Shown: positions 29,221-38,088 of the stretch, one piece after another
Numbering within the stretch: the first letter of the stretch is position 1
Layout of the letters: every line of letters begins with the position of its first letter
NCBI GenBank assembly: GCA_039630575.1
Contig: JBCNUW010000009.1
Span: 1-64,000, forward strand
Reading direction: 5' to 3'
Length of the DNA: 64,000 nt
Source: Candidatus Hydrothermales bacterium
GTDB lineage: Bacteria > Hydrothermota > Hydrothermia > Hydrothermales > JAJRUZ01
The notes under the pieces: generated by a model
The model's input: the letters and a program-made list of their open reading frames with translations, nothing else
The model's database searches: none
Told to the model about the DNA's origin: nothing
Program-made: the position numbers and the translations under genes

Positions 29221-30135
29221 TCAACACTTTAATTGTGATAAGATTATTTCTTTTACGTCGTAAATTGAAATTTTTTCTAAATCTTTGTCTTTTACTTTTA
29301 AAATTTTAGAGTTACCTAAAGGTCCCCATCTTGTAGGTGTGTAGGGTTTTTCTTCAGAGAAGATTGAAACAGTTTTAACATTTAAAGCAGAAGCGATGTG
29401 GATAACACCAGTTGATGGAGCAAAGACAAGATCACTTATTGAAATTAGCGCCATCAGTTCCCTTAGTTTTAATTTACCTCTTAGGTCAACGATATTTTTT
29501 TGTTCTATAAACTTAAAATTTTTCTTTGTTCCTGTGATGAAGATTGATCCATTTATGTTAAGTATTTTTAGAAGTTCGTTATATTTTTCGTAGCCCCAGT
29601 TTGGTGCGGAACCTTTTGATTCTGGATGAATTATAATAAAAGGTTTTTCATAATTTTTAAAATTTTCCCTTACTTCTTTTACTTCTTCCTCCTTAAGAAA
29701 AAGTTTAGGTTCTGTATAATCAATATCATATCCTGCTTTTTTAAGTAATAAAACATTATAATAGGATTCATGAAATTCACATTTTTTTCTGTGCATAGCT
29801 ACTTTTTTGTTAAATAAAAATGAGTACCATCTATAGGAAGTTCCTATTCTTTCAGGAATTTTAAGTAAAAAGGAAAGAAGGGCTTCTTTAGGTCTTGGGT
29901 AAATATGAACTGATATATCAATTTTTTCTTTTTTGATTAAGTTAAAGGTTTCTTTAAAATTTTTAAATTCTATAATTTTGTTTATGTCTGGGTGATTATA
30001 AATTATTTCTTTATAAAGAGGATTACAGACGAAGAAGATCTTTGAATTTTTATATTTTCTTTTTATTCCTTGTGGTACAGAAAGTGAAAGTATAAGATCA
30101 CCGATTTTATCAGTTCGAAAAAGGAGAAAATTCAC
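29221..30135 (-). CDS. Glycosyltransferase family 9 (heptosyltransferase-like)
   Basis: RTDKIGD, IHP, W, DLRGKLKLREL, STG..HIASA, RWGP; GTG start. Confidence 0.9.
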   Translation of the reverse strand: MNFLLFRTDKIGDLILSLSVPQGIKRKYKNSKIFFVCNPLYKEIIYNHPDINKIIEFKNFKETFNLIKKEKIDISVHIYPRPKEALLSFLLKIPERIGTSYRWYSFLFNKKVAMHRKKCEFHESYYNVLLLKKAGYDIDYTEPKLFLKEEEVKEVRENFKNYEKPFIIIHPESKGSAPNWGYEKYNELLKILNINGSIFITGTKKNFKFIEQKNIVDLRGKLKLRELMALISISDLVFAPSTGVIHIASALNVKTVSIFSEEKPYTPTRWGPLGNSKILKVKDKDLEKISIYDVKEIILSQLKC

Positions 30136-30145
30136 TTAATAGAAG

Positions 30146-30218
30146 TGCCGGGGCCCAGAATCGAACTGGGGACACCGGGATTTTCAGTCCCGTGCTCTAC
30201 CGACTGAGCTACCCCGGC
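30146..30218 (-). tRNA. tRNA-Phe(GAA)
   Basis: GCCGGGG/CCCCGGC acceptor stem, anticodon loop CTGAAAA; CCA incomplete. Confidence 0.96.
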
Positions 30219-30441
30219 TTATTTTTAATTATAATTAAAAAAATTAAAAAATTTCAACAATAATAGTAAAAATTTTTTTAAAAATTAAATTCTGTGCTTT
30301 TCAGAATTATCTTACGGAGCTAAATTTTAGATTCAATTTTTTGCTCCTTTGTGCAGATAATTAAGTTTAATATTATTCATTTTTATTTTGTCCATATAAC
30401 TTTTAGACCTTATCCTCAAATTAAAAGATTCTCTTTTATAA

Positions 30442-31672
30442 GGACTGGGGAGCTAAAGAATTTTATAATTTATATCTTAAAGCAACACCGATAACCATTG
30501 GGTTCATATTGTATTTAATTCCTGTTGGCTCTCCTTCTGCTTTCCCCTCCCTTTCTGAGCCAAAGGCTTTCAAAATTGCTAAATCTATTCCGAAATTTGC
30601 TATCTCATATCCAAAACCACCATAGAGAACAAACTTATCAACATCTATATTTGCAAACCATAAAGTGGAATCAGGGGATGCTGCTTTATCATAAGCAAAT
30701 CCGGTCCTTAAAGAAAGACCAACTGGAAGTGTATATTCAAAGCCAAGTTTAATTTTGAAAGTATTTTCAAAATGTAATGGCATAGAATCTCTACCCTCTC
30801 CTTCCTCAGTTTTTCTTGTAACTATTATGTAATCCAAACTTGACCAGGTTGTATATTCAAAATCAAACCCTGCTGTAAAGTTAGGAATCGGTTTTAATCC
30901 TATTCCAAGATTAATTGAAATAGGAAAATCAATTTCTCCTTTAATATCGTATTTGTCAGTATAAACAGTGTCACCAAATTGCCATTGTGTTTCCACTGTG
31001 CCTGACGGTTTTAATTTAAATGGTCCTCTACCACTGAGTCCCAAGGTAAGAATATCTAAGGGTTTATAAATGATTCCGCCTCCTCCTGTAAATGACCACC
31101 CACTACCTTTTTCTTTGCCAATAACAAACAGAAAATCCATTTCACTTTCAAACCTTCCGTAGAAAATTTCTGCCCGTGCTCCAATTCCTAATTTTTCATT
31201 TATCATATAAGAAAATGTTGGAGCAAAGGCCATAATTCCCGAACTTTGACGATAATCAAATATAATGTCTTCCTTTTTCCAATCAACCTTACTTCCTTCA
31301 TAGACAGTGTAATGACCAACTCCGAAGGCAAATTTATTTAGTTTATAAGAGATGAAAGCCTGAGGCACAAAGGCATTTAAACTTGATTTTGCCTTAGTTT
31401 TTCCCGGAACAAATAGCGTATCAGGAAACTTCATAGTATGCATTGGCATCTCATAGGTACCAGCTAACTGTATTTCAAGCATATTTTTCTGGAAGCAAAG
31501 TCCACCAGGATTCCACTATATTGCTGATGCATCTTCAGATAAAGCGGTATAGGCATTACCCATTCCAAGTCCTCTCATTCCCTGCACAGAATGATCCCAT
31601 CCTCCAGCAAAGAGGAGCGGAACCATTCCCACTATCATTATTATTTTTTATATTTTAATAGCTCCCCAGCCC
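30442..31672. repeat. 14-bp inverted repeat (13/14) bracketing the FadL-like gene
   Basis: GGACTGGGGAGCTA at 30442-30455 and TAGCTCCCCAGCCC at 31659-31672. Confidence 0.75.
30463..31638 (-). pseudogene. FadL/OmpP1-family outer membrane transporter with an in-frame TAG
   Basis: The same frame upstream reads MIVGMVPLLFAGGW...GMRGLGMGNAYTALSEDASAI*WNPGGL. The TAG at 31516-31518 sits where the DASAxYxNPAG motif has Tyr. Beta-barrel C-terminus. Confidence 0.8.
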
Positions 31673-31739
31673 ATCTTTTTTAATTTATAATAAAAAAGAG
31701 AGATTTTCAACTCAAATAGAAAATTTTAAATTAAATTTT

Positions 31740-32620
31740 TAAAAAAGGACAAAAATTACTTTATAAAGTTTATAATTTTGAAAACGAAAAAAGTGATAAT
31801 AAAATCTTAGATTTTTGTGTAGATTCCAAATCTTTAATATTCATAAGATAGATGTGGAAAGAAAATTTTGGTAGGATTAATTCAAAATCACTAACCTTTT
31901 TATTTCCCTAGTCATAAGCAAATTTTCATTTTTCAGTTTATTTATATAAATAGGCAGAATCAATCTTATTATCGTAAAGACATAAAAAATATAAGTAAGT
32001 GTGTATTTTAAATCTCTTTTAAAAATCTTTATAATTAGCGAAAAGAATATTTGAAAGTTTTTGTTTTATAACTTTTGCCTTTTAAAGTAAATTTTGGTAA
32101 ACTTACATATTAAACAATCCTTTCTGAGTCCTCAAAACTATTTTCTCTTTAACCTATTTGATAAGACTTTCAATTTAAAATTTTTATTCTTTAAAATTTC
32201 CTTAATTGAAGTTGAACCTTTCAGAACATAAGCGATTTTGAGTATGAAGTGTGTAAAAAGGAAGGTTTAGTCTTTTCTTTTTGATGATTATCTTTTGTTT
32301 TATTTTTTATATCTTAAGCTTTTTTTTTCAAGTGTAAGGGCGAAATTATTTGGTTTTTTAGTAAAATCATGATTTTCTCTATAATATTTACCCAAATGAA
32401 TAAAATTTTAAAATTTCGAAAAAGAGCTATTTATTTAAAATCAAATAATTCAAGAGATGAAAGGGCATGTAATAAAGGAAATTCTATTTTGGGTATTAAT
32501 TTTTTTATTCGTGTGGATAAGTCTAAAAGGTCACCCCACCTAAATTTTGAGCAATCAGAAATAACCTATAAGTTTCATAACTTTTTTGGATCAATTTTTA
32601 AATTTATGTTAAGCATAAAA
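31740..32620 (-). pseudogene. Heavily decayed gene remnant(s), unidentified
   Basis: No long ORF in about 1.3 kb. The minus strand gives coding-like peptides (RWGDLLDLSTRIKKLIPKIEFPLL) broken by stops. Confidence 0.35.
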
Positions 32621-33013
32621 AGCTAAAGAATGTTATAAAAAAGTACATTTAGGTTAATTCTAAAATTTATTTCAAAAATTCAAAGATCAAAGGACTTAAA
32701 ATTAATACAAGACAAAAAATTTATATTGAAAAACAGCTAGCATGAGTTTAAATGTTAGTGAAATGTTTTTAATAGAGAGCGATTAGTACTTTAAAAGATA
32801 AGTTGAAAGAAAGGCAACTCATTTATAGGCTAAAAATCATTTTGACGAGAAGGACATTTGGAGATAGGAGAATCAAATGTAAAAGATTGTATAGAATTTA
32901 TGAAATTTCATTACAGAATATTATGAGATTGAATATAAATTTCTTTTTAAATTTGAAGTATATAAAGAAAATTTTAAGTTTCTTTCTAAAATTTTTTAAA
33001 TTTTTATATATGC

Positions 33014-34267
33014 TTACAGGTTAAACATTTCTATTATTTTTTTAGAGTAGTTATATTGTTTTTCAAGAGAACCGAAGAGTTTGCCTTCTTTTGTAAATTT
33101 ACCTATTTTCTTTAAAAAACTGTTTTGTATGGATATTTTGCTTTTTTTCCAAAAAGGTGTGCCAGGTAGAGGCATAAAATAATGAAAGTGAACTATACAA
33201 CCATCATTCATTAATTTTATTGCAAGATCAAGTGTTTTATTCAAGTCTTCTATACTTTCTCCAGGAAAACCTATAATAAAATCGATAATTGGAATAAATC
33301 CATATTTTTTAACTACGTTAGTTGCATTTAAAACACAAGATATATCGTGCCCCCTATTTATGTACTCGAGAACTCTCTCACTACCACTTTGGCATCCTAT
33401 TACAATATTTTTGTTATCACAAAATTTTTTTACAATTTTCATCACATCTTCATTTACATAATCAGGTCTTACTTCTGAAGGAAAGGAACCAAAAAATATT
33501 CTACCTTCTTTTTTAATTATTTTTCTTATTCCACTTAGTAAATTATAAATTTCATCTATATTTATTTCTCCTTTTTTATAAGATCCATAGGAAAAAGCAT
33601 TTGGTGTTACGAATCTTATATCTTTCAACCCATTTTTATAAAGTTCTTCAACCCATTCAAGGACTGCTTCTTTTTTCCTATGCCTTAAATTTTTACCCAT
33701 GAAATAAGAAACCTGGCAATATTTACATCCAAATAGGCATCCTCTTGTAATCTCAATTGGTCCATATTTTAAAAGCTTTTTAGAAAAAACTGGAAACTCA
33801 TTTAAATCAATAAAATCTCCGTATTTGTTGATAATGACTTTATTATTTTCTTTGTATATGATTCCTTCGGTGTTTACAAAGTCTTTTTTTTCTATAAATT
33901 TTCTTAAAAAAATAGGAAAAGATCTTTCACCTTCTTTATAGAATAAAAAATCAAAAAATTCAAGTATAGAAAAAGGCATTCCAAACACATGGGGGCCACC
34001 TGCTATTTTTAAAACTTTATAACGTTTTATTTTCTCTAATTTTTCTTTCCAATCAATAAACTGTGTTGTCATTAGGGAAAATAAAACAAAAGAGGTTTTA
34101 TAAAATTTAGTTTTTTTCTCTAAAACTTGGAAGAGTTCGTCAAAATTTTTTGGAAAATAAAAATCAAAAAAATCTATCAAATCATATTTTTCAATGGCAC
34201 CAAGAAGTGTTCTGAAAGAGTTTCTGTTATTTTTATGATAAAAAATAGTTATGGAATATTCTCTCAA
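33014..34267 (-). CDS. B12-binding domain/radical SAM protein (TIGR04013-like)
   Basis: AGGPH, EGE, PIEITRGCLFGCKYC (CxxxCxxC), GSFPSEVRP, QSGS, FMPLPGTP. Confidence 0.9.
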   Translation of the reverse strand: MREYSITIFYHKNNRNSFRTLLGAIEKYDLIDFFDFYFPKNFDELFQVLEKKTKFYKTSFVLFSLMTTQFIDWKEKLEKIKRYKVLKIAGGPHVFGMPFSILEFFDFLFYKEGERSFPIFLRKFIEKKDFVNTEGIIYKENNKVIINKYGDFIDLNEFPVFSKKLLKYGPIEITRGCLFGCKYCQVSYFMGKNLRHRKKEAVLEWVEELYKNGLKDIRFVTPNAFSYGSYKKGEINIDEIYNLLSGIRKIIKKEGRIFFGSFPSEVRPDYVNEDVMKIVKKFCDNKNIVIGCQSGSERVLEYINRGHDISCVLNATNVVKKYGFIPIIDFIIGFPGESIEDLNKTLDLAIKLMNDGCIVHFHYFMPLPGTPFWKKSKISIQNSFLKKIGKFTKEGKLFGSLEKQYNYSKKIIEMFNL

Positions 34268-34527
34268 GCTAAAATAAATTATAATATAGCTTTGGGCTTT
34301 TATGAAAATACATGTGTATGCACATAAAAATTTAAAGAAATCTTTTTAAGATTAAAGGATAAGAATTTAAAAGCAAGAAAGAACCCACAAAAGCAGTTAA
34401 AGAAAATACTTAAAGGTATAAAATACTATAATCGTTTCAACAGAAAGATTTAAAAGGAAAGTAAAGAATAAGACCCTATCAAAATTATAACCTTAAATAA
34501 GAAAACTATTTCAAAATTTATAAAAAC

Positions 34528-34557
34528 TTGACATTTTTTTTTTCTTTCTTATAAAAT
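34528..34557 (+). promoter_or_regulatory. Sigma70-like promoter of tldD
   Basis: TTGACA-N18-TAAAAT, 17 nt before the ATG. Confidence 0.6.
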
Positions 34558-34574
34558 ATTTTTAAGAAAGTAAT

Positions 34575-35936
34575 ATGAAAGAGATACTTGAGAAAAGTCT
34601 TTCTTATATAGATGGTGAGTTGGGATGGATAATCTATGAAATAGCTAAAATTACAAATATCATTGCTTTTGGAGAGGATATCGAAGTTTCCTATTCTGAA
34701 AGACAAGGGGGAAATGTAAGGGTATATAAAAGTGGCAATTTTGGTTTTGCAAGTTTTACAAAACCTGAAGATGTGGCACTTGCCGCCAAAAAATCCTCTT
34801 CTCTTTCAAAATTTGAAAAGAAATCAGAGATATTTTTAAAAAAACCCCTGTTTATTAGTGATAAATTTTATCCCAAACTGGGAAATGACCCGAGAAAGGT
34901 TTCTATTTCAGAAAAAGTTGAGTTGATTAAAAATTATAATAAGCTCTTTCTTAATGCAAAAGATAAGATAAGAAATGCGGTTATAAAATATAATGAAGTT
35001 GATTTAAAAAAATTTCTTTTAAGAACTGATGGAAGTTATATAGAAGAAAATAGAGTATACTCAGGAATTGCCTTTTCTGCTTTTGCTATTGATGGTTCAA
35101 GGGTTCAACCTTTTCATGATAGTTTTGGTGATCAAAGAGGATTTGATACAGTTTTAAATAGAGAAGGAGATATTGAAAGGGCAATTTCAAATGCCTTTTT
35201 ACTTTTAAAAAGTGACAAAGTTGAAGGTGGAATTTATACTGCAATTCTTGACCCTGATATTGCAGGAGTATTTATCCATGAAGCCTTTGGTCATTTATCA
35301 GAAGCAGATCATATTTATAGAAATGAAAGATTGAAAGAGATAATGAAGCCAGGGAATAGAGTTGGAAGCGAAATTTTAAATGCTATTGATGATGGCTCTA
35401 TTGTTTGTGAAAGAGGATTTTATAAATATGATGATGAAGGCACACCTTCTTCAAAAACCTATCTTATTAAAAATGGTATTTTAAATTCAAGACTTCATTC
35501 TATATATACTGCATCTTTAATGAATGAAGAATTCACGGGAAATGCAAGGGCAATAAATTATAGATTTCCACCAATTGTAAGAATGAGTTGTACTTATATA
35601 GAGCCGGGTGAAAAAAATTTTGAAGAACTTATAGAAGATATAAAATATGGTATTTATGTGAAAGGTTCTATTGGTGGACAGACAGAACTTGAAATGTTTA
35701 CATTTAGTGCCCAATGTGGATATATAATAAAAGATGGAAAGATAAAAGAACCTGTAAGAGATGTTATTTTAACAGGAAATGTATTTGAAACTTTAAAAAA
35801 TATTGATGCTGTTGGTAATGACCTTGTATTTCGGGGAGGGCTTGGTGGATGTGGCAAAAATGGGCAGTATCCGTTGCCTGTTTCAACTGGTTCACCTCAT
35901 ATAAGAATTAAAAATATTTTAATAGGGGGAAAATGA
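34575..35936 (+). CDS. tldD: TldD metalloprotease
   Basis: HEAFGHLSEAD (HExxxH), YDDEG, GNARA, VRM, CGKNGQ, GSPHIRI. Confidence 0.93.
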   Translation: MKEILEKSLSYIDGELGWIIYEIAKITNIIAFGEDIEVSYSERQGGNVRVYKSGNFGFASFTKPEDVALAAKKSSSLSKFEKKSEIFLKKPLFISDKFYPKLGNDPRKVSISEKVELIKNYNKLFLNAKDKIRNAVIKYNEVDLKKFLLRTDGSYIEENRVYSGIAFSAFAIDGSRVQPFHDSFGDQRGFDTVLNREGDIERAISNAFLLLKSDKVEGGIYTAILDPDIAGVFIHEAFGHLSEADHIYRNERLKEIMKPGNRVGSEILNAIDDGSIVCERGFYKYDDEGTPSSKTYLIKNGILNSRLHSIYTASLMNEEFTGNARAINYRFPPIVRMSCTYIEPGEKNFEELIEDIKYGIYVKGSIGGQTELEMFTFSAQCGYIIKDGKIKEPVRDVILTGNVFETLKNIDAVGNDLVFRGGLGGCGKNGQYPLPVSTGSPHIRIKNILIGGK

Positions 35937-37185
35937 TGGAAAATTTAATTAAAGAAATTGAAAAAAAGGGAATTAAAAAATATGAAATATTTTACGAAAA
36001 AAGAATAAAAGATGAGATAAATTTCAAACAAAATGAACCAGAAGAATTCAATGAAAAGAAAGAAGAAGGTTTTGGACTTAGAATTATAAAAGATGGGAAA
36101 AGAGGGTTTGTGTCCTTTAATCTTTTTGAAAATCCAGAGGAAATTGTAAATAGGGCAATTGAAACTATGAATTATGGCAAAGAAATAGATATTGATTTTC
36201 CAAACAAGGTCCCATCTTCTCAGTTAAAGATTTTTCATGATGTAAACTGGGAAGAAAGGGTGAGGTTGGAAATAGGAAAAGAGATTGTAAACGAAATTTC
36301 ATCAAAATATAAAGATTTTAAATTCAAATGGTTTTAAAGGTAGCTATAAAAAGAGTATATTTTCTTATTATTTTTATGTTTTTGGGTTAATGGAAACAGG
36401 TGTTGTATTTATTGGTAATGGCGAGGCAAATTTTAAGCCCCACTTTAACTTTGATAAGAGTTTAGAATATGTAATTTCTCTTCTTGAAAGATGTAAAATA
36501 AAAGAAGAGATAAAGAGTGGAAAATATCCCGTTGTCTTTTCTCCTTTTTCTTTAGAGTTTTTTACTCATGGATTAATTACAGGGATTGATGGTAAAAATT
36601 TTGAAAAGGGTATTTCACCTTTAAAAGATAAAAAAGGAGAAAAAATTTTATCTTCTTACATTACAATTACCTTTGACCCTGAAAGAGAAGACCTTATAGG
36701 TTCTGCTCCTTTTGATGATGAAGGTATTAAGATTGAGAAATTTAATTTTATTGAAAAGGGAGTATTGAATGATTTTCTTGTTTTTTATTGAAACTTCAAA
36801 AAAAACAGGAATAAAGCCAAGGGGCAATGCCTTTAGAAGTTCCTTTGAAAGTTTACCAACCTGTTCATTCTGTAATTTTATAATTGAAAGAGGCGAAAAA
36901 ACTTTTGAAGATATTATAAAGGATATTGAATGTGGTTTAATCGTTTATGAAACAATCGGAGCAGGACAGTCAAATATCCTTGCAGGTGAATATTCTTTTA
37001 ATGTGGGGCTTGGATTTTTAATAAAAAATGGAGAAATTAAAGGAAGGATTAAAGATGTAATGGTTTCAGGCAATTTTTATGAGGATTTTAAAAAGGTAAT
37101 AGCAATTTCAAAAGAGACAAAAAAGTTTTTAAATAGAGAATTACCTTATATATGTGTTTTAGATGTTAAAATAGATGCAAAATAA
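35933..37185 (+). pseudogene. pmbA: PmbA/TldE split into three frames
   Basis: N-terminal GFGLRIIKDGKRG; shifted frame LNSNGFKG; FDDEG; GNA, G.YS, G.LIKNGEI. Breaks near 36320 and 36785. Confidence 0.8.
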
Positions 37186-37208
37186 ATTATTTTAAAAGGA
37201 GGTGTTTT

Positions 37209-37826
37209 ATGAAAAGATTTTTTGTAATATTTATTTTTTTAACATCTTGTATTACTATGAATGTCTTTGAAGGACCTGATACAACAAAAAAGGGTGAAGC
37301 AAGTTTCGGAATCGGGGTTTCACAGATGGCTTTTTTGGATGAAGAAAATAAAACCGAATTTTTACCTATTCCATTTCCATATTTTAAAGGAAGATATGGA
37401 ATTGCAAATAATATTGACATTGGTTTTAGATATGTAGGAATAATGGGGTTTGGTATTGATCCAAAATTTAAATTCCTTGATAAAGAATTGAAAGCGAGTT
37501 TGTCTTTTCCTTTCATTCTTGCTACATGGCCTGGACTTCCTGTATGGTATACTTTTGAACCAACTTTAATATTAGGAACAGATGTGATTTATTTTGGTAG
37601 CAAATTTTCTTATTTTTCTATTGGATTTGAATGGGATGATGACAGCGTGGGAATTTACGGAGTGTTTCCATCTTTATTTTTAGGTTTTACTCTTGGTAAA
37701 AAGCTCCGCTTATGTCCTGAAGTGAGTTTTTGTTTACCAGCAAAAATAAGAATTGGAAAAGAGGAAAAAGAGCTCCTTTGGAGACCTGCATTTTCTTACG
37801 GAATAGGTATTCTATATATGCCATAA
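37209..37826 (+). CDS. Hypothetical lipoprotein/small outer membrane beta-barrel
   Basis: Lipobox LTSC, alternating aromatic/Gly strands, SD AAGGAGG. Confidence 0.65.
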   Translation: MKRFFVIFIFLTSCITMNVFEGPDTTKKGEASFGIGVSQMAFLDEENKTEFLPIPFPYFKGRYGIANNIDIGFRYVGIMGFGIDPKFKFLDKELKASLSFPFILATWPGLPVWYTFEPTLILGTDVIYFGSKFSYFSIGFEWDDDSVGIYGVFPSLFLGFTLGKKLRLCPEVSFCLPAKIRIGKEEKELLWRPAFSYGIGILYMP

Positions 37827-38088
37827 TAATTTATAGCTGTAAGGCAAAAATATTTAATAAAAAAGAGGAAAAGAATAATCAATTATTTTAATTAATTAAG
37901 ATATTTTAAAATTTTATTGTAAAAATAGGAATATATGTTGGTTGTGACAAGATAAAAATAAAATAATTTATATTCAACGATTTTCATTTTAAGCTGTCTA
38001 ACGTGATCAAGGACTTATTTCAAAACACATAAAAGATGTTATAAATTTTAAATTCAATAGAAAATTTGTTTTTTTATTTTCCTTTTCC

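Noticed and set aside
30288..30360. Small hairpins (ATTCTG/CAGAAT, GGAGC/GCTCC) as an integron attC site or ncRNA
   Set aside because: No RYYYAAC/GTTRRRY boxes, short stems and no integrase; at most a terminator-like structure.
31516..31518. Amber recoding (pyrrolysine or an alternative genetic code)
   Set aside because: TAG terminates other genes here (ends at 2890, 21785, 38089), no pyl genes are present, and a single point mutation from Tyr explains it.
32208..32221. Degenerate sixth T-loop motif (AAAGGTTCAACTTC, minus strand)
   Set aside because: It has mismatches in the conserved 3' half, lies within a decayed coding-like region, and has no credible gene start at the expected distance.
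29113..33010. tRNA-anchored genomic island or prophage
   Set aside because: The accessory DNA lies on the 5' side of tRNA-Phe. No duplicated tRNA 3' end and no integrase or phage genes were found.
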